Below, piece by piece: positions 1 through 9,110 of a stretch of DNA of 64,000 nucleotides. Where the stretch lies: the NCBI GenBank assembly GCA_003290465.1, contig CP030759.1, positions 2,083,980 through 2,147,979 of the forward strand, read 5' to 3'. The DNA is from Candidatus Sumerlaea chitinivorans (GTDB lineage Bacteria > Sumerlaeota > Sumerlaeia > Sumerlaeales > Sumerlaeaceae). Numbering within the stretch: the first letter of the stretch is position 1; each line of letters opens with the position of its first letter. Both the position numbers and the translations under genes were made by a program. Below the pieces are notes generated by a model. It was not told where the DNA came from. It saw nothing but the letters and a program-made list of their open reading frames with translations, and ran no database searches.

Positions 1-1
1 G

Positions 2-280
2 GCCGGAATTGGGGCTCTGTGCTTCCTGCTGTTTTATTGGCCGATTGATGTTTGGGGAGTGAAACGCTGGGCAGTCGTCTTCAATGTGTTCGGCGCCAAC
101 GCACTTCTGGCTTATTTCCTGCAGCCCATTGTCCGCATTTTCATGCAAGCCCTTGGTTTGTACCCGTTTTTCACAAGCAAGGTAGGCTGGAACGGGATGG
201 CGTGGGGACTTCTCTGGACGTTTATTCTTTGGGGGGTCGTTTGGTACTGCAACCGACGTAATATTTACTGGAAGTTGTAG
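2..280 (+). CDS. 3' end of a polytopic membrane protein (DUF5009/DUF1624-type acyltransferase-like); 5' end lies outside the window
   Basis: Frame is open from the first bases of the window to TAG at 278-280. Hydrophobic Trp/Phe-rich C-terminus (FGANALLAYFL, WGLLWTFILWGVVWY). Family call is from memory only. Confidence 0.45.
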   Translation, partial: AGIGALCFLLFYWPIDVWGVKRWAVVFNVFGANALLAYFLQPIVRIFMQALGLYPFFTSKVGWNGMAWGLLWTFILWGVVWYCNRRNIYWKL

Positions 281-342
281 TGCGCCGCTTGCTATCCTTC
301 CCGAGGCGTTGATAAGACGGGGGAGACAAGCGAAGGAAACCC

Positions 343-3300
343 GTGCGCACCGACAAACAACACGACCAACCATCAGGTCAGCACCAGCATCCCCAGCTGG
401 TTCCTGACGCTCACCTGCTGCGACTACTGTACGAAACTATGAACGACGGGGTTGTGGGATTCGATGCACAGGGCCGCATTCTTTTCTGTAATCCTGCCAT
501 GGCCCAACTGGTGGGATGTCGCCAAGAAGAGCTTCTCGGGAAGACAGCTCAGGAAGCTTGGGGAGGCGAACCAATTGAATTGCCGGACGAAACCGCTTCG
601 ACGGGAGGTTCCTTCCGGATTCGCCGTACCGACGGAACCATTCGCGTTGTCACTGCGCGCAGTTTCTTTTTACGAACCGCCCCACCCGTGCAAGTGGCCA
701 TCTATCGCGACATCACCCGGTGGCGCACGGTCGAACGCACGCTGACCGCACTGCTTTCTTCCGCTGTAATGAGTTCGGAGCAAACGATCAGCGCCAAGCT
801 TGTGGAAGAGCTTGCGCGCGTCCTCAACACTCCGTGGGCACTGCTCGGTCGCCTCGATCCAGAAGACCGGATGCTTCTGCACGTTCATGCATGCTGGGAT
901 CGAGGGGGGTTAGGTGCCCCTTTCTCCTGCCGGCTTGAGACGAGCCCCTGCGCAAATCTGACGCCGGATTCGATATGCTATTATAAGCAAGGAGTTTATC
1001 AGCTCTTTCCCGACGAGCCGTTCCTGAGTTCCCATAAAATCGAATGCTTTCTGGGGGCGCCGCTCCTCACGGCCGACCACAAAATCTTTGGGGTGATCGC
1101 GGCGATGAGTGACCGGCCGTTGCAAGAGCCTTATGATGCGCGAACAATCCTTGGGATCTTTGCAAATCATGCAGCGATGGCCTTGCAACAGTTCGAAGGC
1201 CAGCGAATCCTTCGCGAGACCCAAGCTCGGTTTGAAGCTTTGGTGGGACAGGCCCGCCAAGGCTTTTACCTCAGAGAACTCGATCCCCCCCGCATCCTCT
1301 ACGTCAACGACACGTTGGTGAACATGTTTGGCTACACCCGCGATGAGATGCTCGCCATGCACCCTTTGGAGGCGGTGATCCCCGACGAACGTGAGCGCGT
1401 GCGTCAGGCCATCGCTGAGATGACGCAAACCCGCCAACCGTTTGTGGTATCGTTTACAGGCCTGCGAAAAGACGGAAGCACCTTTGCGGCAGAATTATTC
1501 CCTTCTTTTGTCACCTATCGTGGCCGCCCCTGCTTACAAGCGACGGTCCTTGATATTAGCGAACGGGTGAAACTCGAACGCGAGCACGAGATTCTTGCCC
1601 AGTTCGCGGAAGAGCTTGCGGGGGCAGATTCTGTGGAAGAAATCACGCGCAGCGTGCGAAACACGACCCACACGTTGCTCGAATGGGAGGCTTTCTTCTT
1701 GGCCGTTTATCGGCCGGGCGCAGAGCGCTACAAGATCGTCGAATTTGTAGATACAGTCGATGGCAAACTACAGATTTTTCCAGGCAGGACAAAACTCGTT
1801 TCAGACGCTGGACATGCGGTACGACGCTGCTTGAACGGCGAAGCGCTACTCATTCAGCAGGATCCGGATCATCCAACCTCTGAATTGTCGCCGTTTGGTG
1901 ATATCAGCCACCGATGCCGCTCCTTGATGTACGCACCGGTGCGCACCCCAAGCGGGGTGATCGGAGTGATCTCGGTTCAATCGTACTCGAAGAGTTTCAC
2001 GGAAAGCGATCTACATCTGCTTGAGCGTGTGGCCGAAACCATGGCGCCCGCTCTCGAACGGGCCAGAGCAGAACAGCTCGTCCGCGCAAGTGAAGAGCGT
2101 TACCGTACACTTGTCGAGACAGCGCCTATGGGAATCTTGCTAATTTCGGATTTTGCGATTCGCTACGCAAATCCCGCCGCCATTCGAATGCTTGGTGCAA
2201 ATTCTGAGGCAGACTTACTTGAGCTACCAATCGACAGATTTTTGCACAGCAGCATGCGCGAAGTGTTTCGTGAGCGACTCTCCGACGTGCTGACGCAAGG
2301 GCGAGGCACCCCTGCCGTCGAACTCGATTTAATGCGCTTGGATGGACAACGAATTGTCGTCGAATCGCAGGAGAGCCCAACCGACTATCAAGGGCGACCC
2401 GCAGCCCTCATTGTTCTGAACGACATCACCGAGCGAAAACGCGCGCTGGCCAAACTCCAGGAATCCGAGCAGCAGCTTAAACTGCTGTTTGATCAAACCC
2501 CTTTGGGCGTCATCCGCTGGAACCGAGACTTCAAAGTTGTGGACTGGAATCCGGCAGCAACACGGATTTTCGGATACAAACGGGAAGAAGCGCTGGGGCG
2601 CCACGGACTCGAGTTGATTGTTCCCCCCTCAGCCCGTTCCCACGTGGAACAAGTGTGGGCAGCATTGCTGCATCAGAAAGGTGGCGCTCGCTCCCAAAAC
2701 GCAAATGTGACTAAAGATGGTCGCCTAATCATCTGCGAGTGGTACAACACGCCGCTTGTCAGTGAATCGGGTCAAGTCATTGGGGTCGCCTCAATCGTTG
2801 ACGATATCACCGAGCGAATGCGCACCGAGCAGGCCTTGCGCGAAAGCGAAGAGCGTTACGCGCTGGCCGCACGTGGCGCTAACGATGGAATCTGGGATTG
2901 GAACCTTCGCACAGGCGTCGTGTATTATTCACCCCGTTGGAAAGCTATGCTTGGGATCCCCGAGGACGAGGTCCTTACGAGCCCCAACGACTGGTTCCGT
3001 CGAGTGCATCCAGATGATCTCAGCCTGCTTCGGAGTGCCATTACGTCGCATCTTGAGGGAGCGACTGAGCAATTGGAGATCGAACACCGTGTGCGCCACA
3101 GCGACGGTAGTTATCGGTGGATGCTATGCCGTGGTCTTGCCGTGCGCTCTTCGGACGGAGAAGCCACGCGAATGGCCGGTTCCATCACGGATATTACCGC
3201 GCGCAAGGAAGCCGAAGCACAGATCCGCTACGATGCTCTCCACGACGCACTCACGGGCCTGCCCAATCGCACGCTGTTCTTAGAGCACGTGGAACACTCC

Positions 3301-4539
3301 ATAGCGATCGCGCGGCGGGATCCTCACTACAAGTTTGCGGTGCTCGTTTTCGACATCGACCGCTTCAAACTTGTGAATGACACTTTGGGGCACTCCGCTG
3401 GAGATCATCTCTTGCGTGAAGTGGCCAAGCGCCTGCGTGGCACCATGCGTTCTGGTGACGTGCTTGCACGGCTGGGAGGCGACGAGTTCGCTGTTCTCCT
3501 CGACGATATTGAAGCGCCCGCAATGAGCGTGACTTTGGCGAATCAGCTCTTGGACGCTCTCGCCAAGCCCTTCCGACTCCGGGAGCAGGAGATCTTCGTG
3601 ACCGCTAGCATCGGCATCGCCTTTGCCTCACGCGACGACGCATCCGCCGAGGAAGTCCTACGCGATGCAGACACGGCCATGTTCCACGCCAAAGCTACTG
3701 GCAAGGCGCGGGTGGTCACTTTCGACCAAAGCATGCACGCTCGCTTCCGCCACCAGCTTCAAGTTGAGACGGAACTGCGGCGCGCCCTTGAGCGAAACGA
3801 ATTCGAAGTGCTCTACCAACCCATCGTGCGTGCGGACACTCATCGCATATGGGGCGCTGAGGCTCTGATACGTTGGCGTCATCCCCACCGCGCACTTCTC
3901 AATCCGTACGAGTTTCTCGCTATCGCCGAGGATACAGGCCTGATTGTGCCAATTGGCCGATTGGTCCTCGAGCATGCGTGCAGCCAATGTGCCACGTGGA
4001 ATGCCGTCGAGACTCATGAGGGCTCCCCCATTGTTGTCTCTGTGAACGTTTCCGCTCGGCAGCTTGCCGATGCGACGTTCATCCATGATCTTGACCAGAT
4101 TCTCGCGAGCACCAAGGTGACTCCGGCGAACCTGATGATCGAAATTACAGAGACCGTCCTGCTCGCCGAACACGAAATCACGCAACGAACCATTGCTGCA
4201 CTGCGCGACCGCGGCATTCTCCTCGCCGTTGACGATTTCGGTACTGGCTATTCTTCACTCGGTTACCTGCAGCGCATTCCTCTCGATGTCCTCAAGGTGG
4301 ACCGCTCTTTTGTTTCAGCCTTGGGAACCCCACGCGAACATCCAGAAATCATTCGGACAGTCGCGGCGCTCGGCCGTGATCTGGGGCTCGCGGTCGTCGC
4401 AGAAGGAGTGGAAACACAGGCCCACGCGGCATTAGCGGCCGAGCTCGGATGCACGCTTCTTCAAGGGTTCTATTTCGCTGCACCGAGCACCGCCGAAACG
4501 CTCACCTCCTCGCTCCGGAACGATGGGGCTGGCTTGTAG
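343..4539 (+). CDS. Multidomain c-di-GMP turnover protein, PAS-GAF-PAS-GAF-PAS-PAS-PAS-GGDEF-EAL
   Basis: 1398-codon ORF with GTG start. Repeated PAS entry linkers (SEERYRTLVETAPMGILL, SEQQLKLLFDQTPLGVI, SEERYALAARGANDGIWDW) and two GAF-like blocks. GGDEF motif RLGGDEF at nt 3475-3489 with RSGD (RxxD I-site) just upstream. EAL motif EALIRW at nt 3859-3867, plus DDFGTGYSS and EGVE. Confidence 0.95.
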   Translation: MRTDKQHDQPSGQHQHPQLVPDAHLLRLLYETMNDGVVGFDAQGRILFCNPAMAQLVGCRQEELLGKTAQEAWGGEPIELPDETASTGGSFRIRRTDGTIRVVTARSFFLRTAPPVQVAIYRDITRWRTVERTLTALLSSAVMSSEQTISAKLVEELARVLNTPWALLGRLDPEDRMLLHVHACWDRGGLGAPFSCRLETSPCANLTPDSICYYKQGVYQLFPDEPFLSSHKIECFLGAPLLTADHKIFGVIAAMSDRPLQEPYDARTILGIFANHAAMALQQFEGQRILRETQARFEALVGQARQGFYLRELDPPRILYVNDTLVNMFGYTRDEMLAMHPLEAVIPDERERVRQAIAEMTQTRQPFVVSFTGLRKDGSTFAAELFPSFVTYRGRPCLQATVLDISERVKLEREHEILAQFAEELAGADSVEEITRSVRNTTHTLLEWEAFFLAVYRPGAERYKIVEFVDTVDGKLQIFPGRTKLVSDAGHAVRRCLNGEALLIQQDPDHPTSELSPFGDISHRCRSLMYAPVRTPSGVIGVISVQSYSKSFTESDLHLLERVAETMAPALERARAEQLVRASEERYRTLVETAPMGILLISDFAIRYANPAAIRMLGANSEADLLELPIDRFLHSSMREVFRERLSDVLTQGRGTPAVELDLMRLDGQRIVVESQESPTDYQGRPAALIVLNDITERKRALAKLQESEQQLKLLFDQTPLGVIRWNRDFKVVDWNPAATRIFGYKREEALGRHGLELIVPPSARSHVEQVWAALLHQKGGARSQNANVTKDGRLIICEWYNTPLVSESGQVIGVASIVDDITERMRTEQALRESEERYALAARGANDGIWDWNLRTGVVYYSPRWKAMLGIPEDEVLTSPNDWFRRVHPDDLSLLRSAITSHLEGATEQLEIEHRVRHSDGSYRWMLCRGLAVRSSDGEATRMAGSITDITARKEAEAQIRYDALHDALTGLPNRTLFLEHVEHSIAIARRDPHYKFAVLVFDIDRFKLVNDTLGHSAGDHLLREVAKRLRGTMRSGDVLARLGGDEFAVLLDDIEAPAMSVTLANQLLDALAKPFRLREQEIFVTASIGIAFASRDDASAEEVLRDADTAMFHAKATGKARVVTFDQSMHARFRHQLQVETELRRALERNEFEVLYQPIVRADTHRIWGAEALIRWRHPHRALLNPYEFLAIAEDTGLIVPIGRLVLEHACSQCATWNAVETHEGSPIVVSVNVSARQLADATFIHDLDQILASTKVTPANLMIEITETVLLAEHEITQRTIAALRDRGILLAVDDFGTGYSSLGYLQRIPLDVLKVDRSFVSALGTPREHPEIIRTVAALGRDLGLAVVAEGVETQAHAALAAELGCTLLQGFYFAAPSTAETLTSSLRNDGAGL

Positions 4540-4689
4540 CGTTTCCGACGCTGTGGACGCTGGCAAGTGGGACGAACCCAGTAAACTCGCCTACCAACGG
4601 GGCGCTCCCCACGGAAGGGCTCTTGACCCATTGCTCGTGCAACGAGCATGGTGCCATAAAAACAGCACTGCAGTGAAGGTTTTAGATAC

Positions 4690-6177
4690 GTGCGCAAAAG
4701 ACTTGTTGGATGGATGATTTCGGCGGCGATGGTTTCTGGGGCGGCCTTTGCTCTGGAGAGTGGCGACCATGCGCTTCAGTTCGTGAGCAGCGAGGACGGG
4801 ACCACCCAACCCTACCGTCTATATGTGCCGTCTGCCGTCGCGAACCAAACTTCCTTGCCTTTGGTGGTGGTTCTTCACGGGTGGGGCGTGGACGAAATCG
4901 CATGGTTCAAATTCACTCCGGTTAAACGCATCGCCGAAGAGTTTGGCTTCGTGGTGGCGGCTCCGTACGCCCGAGGCAACTGGTGGTACCGTGGGCCAGC
5001 GGAGCACGACATCGTGGATGTGGTCGAGGATGTTCGCAAGCGACTGCGCATAGACCCGGACCGCATTTACTTGGCGGGACATTCGATGGGCGGATGGGGC
5101 ACTTGGTGGATTGGGAGCCGGCATCCCAATCTCTTTGCCGCCATCGCACCCATGTCGGGCTTCGATCCTCAAGACTTCGTTTTGAACTGCGTGAATCTTG
5201 CTCCGTTTGTCATCCACGATCAACTCGATGACATTGTGCCAGTAAGCTTCTCGCGACGCCCCGTCCAGCGCATGGCAGAACTTGGAATCTCGCACCAATA
5301 TCGGGAGGAAATTGGCTATGGTCACGCAAGCCGCATGATTGGCGAGAACCTACCGCGGGTGTTCGAGTGGTTTCGGGCGCATCCTCGGGTAGGTCGGCCG
5401 CAGCGATGTGCCATCGCCACACGCGTCGGACAGCGCAATCGGTGGCTCGCCCTGCTGAAAACCGAAACATGGCCCAAGCTGGCGCGCTTGGATGCGGTCG
5501 CTGAAAAGAATGGGCACATTCGCATCAACGCGGACAACGTTGCGAGTTTTGCTCTTCACGTGAGTGAGCTCCCCACAAGCTCGGGCGTGCCATTGCGCAT
5601 TGCGATTGGTGATTGGCAAACCACCCTAAGCGCGACGAAAGGTTGGGCTGTTTTCGAAGCGCACGGAGCCATGGACTCACCCAAGCGATCGGGGCCGAAA
5701 CAGTGGTCTCTTGCGTATCAACAAACGCTTCCTCAGCAGGCCCCCGTGCCCGCAATTCACGGCAAAATTGGCACCCGTCTTCGCGAGGCTCATGCTAACG
5801 GCACCTTAGCGCTCGTCGTTGCGGAAATCCTTCGCGCGTATTTCCACGCTGAGGTTTGCGTCCTCGATTCGGACAAAATCCGTGTTGCGGCGGGTGAACT
5901 CACGACCCAGAAACTGCTCGATGCATGGGTTCATCCTGTCGAGCGCTTGGCGCGCATCAAGTTGACGCGCGAGGAAATCCTTGGGCTTAACGAAAGCATC
6001 TCCAAGGGTAAGCCGCTCGTCGTGCCACCGGCCGAGAGCTTGCCCAAACGCCGAAAACTCACGGTCATCCTCCCGACGCTCCTTGCTGCTCAGATTCCTG
6101 ACTGGGAGAAGCGCGCCGAAATTGTTAGCGATTCGCTCAACGAGACGCTGTGCGAGCTTGCGACACGCGGACGATGA
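4690..6177 (+). CDS. Secreted alpha/beta-hydrolase (esterase/peptidase-like) with a C-terminal region of unknown function
   Basis: Signal-peptide-like N-terminus, LVVVLHGWG region and GHSMGGWG nucleophile elbow. The C-terminal ~250 aa carry no motif I recognise. Start uncertain (GTG 4690 or ATG 4714). Confidence 0.75.
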   Translation: MRKRLVGWMISAAMVSGAAFALESGDHALQFVSSEDGTTQPYRLYVPSAVANQTSLPLVVVLHGWGVDEIAWFKFTPVKRIAEEFGFVVAAPYARGNWWYRGPAEHDIVDVVEDVRKRLRIDPDRIYLAGHSMGGWGTWWIGSRHPNLFAAIAPMSGFDPQDFVLNCVNLAPFVIHDQLDDIVPVSFSRRPVQRMAELGISHQYREEIGYGHASRMIGENLPRVFEWFRAHPRVGRPQRCAIATRVGQRNRWLALLKTETWPKLARLDAVAEKNGHIRINADNVASFALHVSELPTSSGVPLRIAIGDWQTTLSATKGWAVFEAHGAMDSPKRSGPKQWSLAYQQTLPQQAPVPAIHGKIGTRLREAHANGTLALVVAEILRAYFHAEVCVLDSDKIRVAAGELTTQKLLDAWVHPVERLARIKLTREEILGLNESISKGKPLVVPPAESLPKRRKLTVILPTLLAAQIPDWEKRAEIVSDSLNETLCELATRGR

Positions 6178-6184
6178 TGCGCGT

Positions 6185-7489
6185 TTACGCCTGAGCGGCT
6201 GCGCCAAGTGAAGCACGGATGCGCTGCCGATATGTTTCCATGTCCAGCGGCACACCGTCGAGGCGAGCTCGCTCCGCTGCGAAGGAGAGCAGGTGGCCCT
6301 CAAGTGCAATCTCAAGCGACTGCATCGCTCCCGCAAAATCGTCCGAGCGCACAAGGCGGACAAGATTTTTCATCACGCCTGTGTCGCCACCGCCATGCGC
6401 ATCGTACATGGCTTGCGTGTGGTAGAAGTGTCGCGGAAGCGCAGGCCAGACACCTTGGGCAAAGCGGTCCACCCGAATCTCACGTTTTTCCGCGTGGCCG
6501 TCGAGTTCGCCCTTTGTCCCCAGCGCTCGTATCGTCCGAAAACACTCGGAGGTGCACCCGGACACGGTGAAGTTGAAAAGGACGCCATTCGCGAACTCAA
6601 CGAGCACCATTTGGTGGTCGAGGGCGTCATTGTCAGCACGGAAAACGCAACGGCCGTAAGGCCCCGTCTCCAGCGCTCGCTTGCGCGCTTCGTAGGAGCG
6701 GTCAACCGGTGAGATCGCGCTCACCGGCCAATCCGTGTTGGCTCCCAAATAAGCCGCCGGCGCATAGAATGGACAGCTGTCCTCAGCTGGACAACCATCC
6801 GTACATCGCTCAGGAGCACCCTCGGGGGCAAACTCTTTCCGGAAATAACGAAGCTCTCCTATGGAGATGACGCGACGCGCTGGTGCATCTACCAGCCACG
6901 CTGCGATGTCCATGTCGTGGCAGGTTTTGGTCAGGATCACTGGCCCACTCCTATCCACCCGAGCCCAGTTGCCTCTCACGTAACTATGGGCGAAGTGCCA
7001 ATAACCAACATTCTCGACCATCGTGAGGGCGGTGAGTGTGCCGATCTCACCCGCGGCAAGGAGCTCCTTAACCTTCGCATAAAACGGGCTGTAGCGCAGG
7101 GGATGACAGATCTGGACGATCCGGCGCAATCGCCGCGCGGTCTCTACGATTTCCATACACCCTTCCGCGGTGTGTGCCATGGGCTTTTCCAAGAGGAGAT
7201 GGTATCCCGCTTCCATGGCCGCGAGCGCCGACGGAAGGTGCTCGCGATCCATCGTGGCATTTGCGCAAATGGGTGCAAACTGTGGCCGCTCCAAGAGCTC
7301 CTGCCATGAGGAAAAGCATCGCTCGGGCGGGATATTGTGCTGTTGAGCAAATAACTGGCGGCGACCTTCGTCGGGATCCGCAACTGCGACAAATTTCAGC
7401 AAATGAGGGAATCGCAGCGCAAACGCGCCAAAGGCGTCGCGACCGCGTTGGCCAGCGCCCACAAGAACTGCTTCAAGAGGCTTCATCAC
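6185..7489 (-). CDS. Gfo/Idh/MocA family oxidoreductase
   Basis: N-terminal Rossmann motif VGAGQRG, EKP motif (LLLEKPMA), and length and C-terminal domain typical of the family. Confidence 0.85.
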   Translation of the reverse strand: MMKPLEAVLVGAGQRGRDAFGAFALRFPHLLKFVAVADPDEGRRQLFAQQHNIPPERCFSSWQELLERPQFAPICANATMDREHLPSALAAMEAGYHLLLEKPMAHTAEGCMEIVETARRLRRIVQICHPLRYSPFYAKVKELLAAGEIGTLTALTMVENVGYWHFAHSYVRGNWARVDRSGPVILTKTCHDMDIAAWLVDAPARRVISIGELRYFRKEFAPEGAPERCTDGCPAEDSCPFYAPAAYLGANTDWPVSAISPVDRSYEARKRALETGPYGRCVFRADNDALDHQMVLVEFANGVLFNFTVSGCTSECFRTIRALGTKGELDGHAEKREIRVDRFAQGVWPALPRHFYHTQAMYDAHGGGDTGVMKNLVRLVRSDDFAGAMQSLEIALEGHLLSFAAERARLDGVPLDMETYRQRIRASLGAAAQA

Positions 7490-7694
7490 CGTTTTCTCCG
7501 CCTTATTATTTTGACGCTAAAGCAAAACCATTGATTTCATATATCAACTGGAAAATTGCTCGGATGGATGCGCGCGAATGCACGAGGCAACGAACGCAAT
7601 AGTTTGAGGCCCCAATGCGCGGGCTCTCCGCTCCCTCACGAATACCAAAGCTTGTGCTTGAAGGTTGGCTTTTCATTTGGGAAAAAGGAGAGTT

Positions 7695-8954
7695 ATGAAA
7701 CCCGAACGAGCTGAAAATTCAGGGCAATCAAAACCGCCGCTCCAAGTTACGCTGGCCGATATCGAGCAAGCTCGGCAACGCATCTCAAATGTCATTCAGC
7801 CGACGCCTTTGGCCTACTCAGAGTATTTTTCCACGCTTTGGGGCGGGAAGATTTACTTCAAATTTGAGAACCTGCTCTTAACCGGTTCCTTCAAAGAGCG
7901 TGGGGCGCTGAACAAACTTCTGTGCCTGAGCGAGCAAGAGCGCTCACGCGGCGTCATCACCGCGTCGGCGGGCAACCATGGGCGAGCGGTCGCATGGCAT
8001 GCAAGCCGCCTTGGGATTCCGGCCACCGTGGTGATGCCCGTCAATAGCCCCATCGTAAAAGTGCAGAATACCGCTGCCACAGGCGCGCGGGTGGTCCTCC
8101 ACGGGGGAAGCTTCGACGAAGCTGTTGAGCATGCCCAGGGCCTCTGCCACACGGAAGGTCTTACGTACGTCCACGGTTTCGACGACCCGCTCATCGTCGC
8201 GGGGCAAGGCACGATTGGTCTGGAACTTACGGAGCAGTGCCCCTATCTCGACATGGTCGTTATTCCTGTGGGTGGGGGTGGGCTTGCAGCAGGAATCGCG
8301 ATTGCCATGAAAACGGTCAATCCCCGCGTTCACATTGTCGGAGTGCAGAGCGAGGATGTTCCTTCGATGAAGGTGGCGCTGGCCCAACAAAAGCCAGTAA
8401 CGGTGCCTGCCCATTATACCATTGCCGACGGCATCGCGGTGCGGCGAGTGGGCGGGCTGCCCCTTGCAATCTTCAATGAGTATGTGGACGAGATCGTCAC
8501 GGTGAACGAAAGTGAGATCGCCAATGCGATTCTGCTGCTGCTCGAGCGCGAGAAATCCCTTGTCGAAGGTGCGGGAGCCGTCGGCGTGGCTGCCATCCAT
8601 AATCGCCATGTCGACGTCACGGGGAAACGCGTTGCGGTGATCCTGAGCGGCGGCAACATTGACGTAAACATCCTCTCCCGGATCATTGATAAGGGCTTAG
8701 TGAAAGATGGGCGTTTGGTGAAGTTCCACGTAGTGGTGCCTGACTATCCCGGCCAACTCGCGCGCATCCTGAGTGTGGTGGCGGAACTGCGTGGTAACGT
8801 TCTCGAAGTCAGTCACAGCCGGGCGTTTTCTGAAGCTAAAATCGGCGAGACCGCCATTGATCTCGTCATTGAAACGCGCGGCCCAGATCACGTCGCCGAA
8901 ATTGAGCAAGCATTGGTAGCCCACGGATTCTCGCCCGAACGCCGCACCCAGTAG
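7695..8954 (+). CDS. ilvA: Threonine ammonia-lyase (threonine dehydratase) with one C-terminal ACT-like domain
   Basis: PLP-lysine motif SFKERGALNK, then SAGNHG and GGGGL loops, and a C-terminal regulatory domain. Start moved from ORF-track 7665 to ATG 7695, which is preceded by AAGGAG. Confidence 0.9.
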   Translation: MKPERAENSGQSKPPLQVTLADIEQARQRISNVIQPTPLAYSEYFSTLWGGKIYFKFENLLLTGSFKERGALNKLLCLSEQERSRGVITASAGNHGRAVAWHASRLGIPATVVMPVNSPIVKVQNTAATGARVVLHGGSFDEAVEHAQGLCHTEGLTYVHGFDDPLIVAGQGTIGLELTEQCPYLDMVVIPVGGGGLAAGIAIAMKTVNPRVHIVGVQSEDVPSMKVALAQQKPVTVPAHYTIADGIAVRRVGGLPLAIFNEYVDEIVTVNESEIANAILLLLEREKSLVEGAGAVGVAAIHNRHVDVTGKRVAVILSGGNIDVNILSRIIDKGLVKDGRLVKFHVVVPDYPGQLARILSVVAELRGNVLEVSHSRAFSEAKIGETAIDLVIETRGPDHVAEIEQALVAHGFSPERRTQ

Positions 8955-9110
8955 CGAGCGCCCACGTGCCCGAGACTTCGCCGGCGGTGTTTTGCCGCGC
9001 CATGGGAATGACCACTTTGTGAAATCGTCCTCCTTACGCCCGAAACTGATTGCCACCCGCAAAATTTCGATTCCATATTTTTAAGCGAACGTGTGGTCGG
9101 AGGTGTAAGG

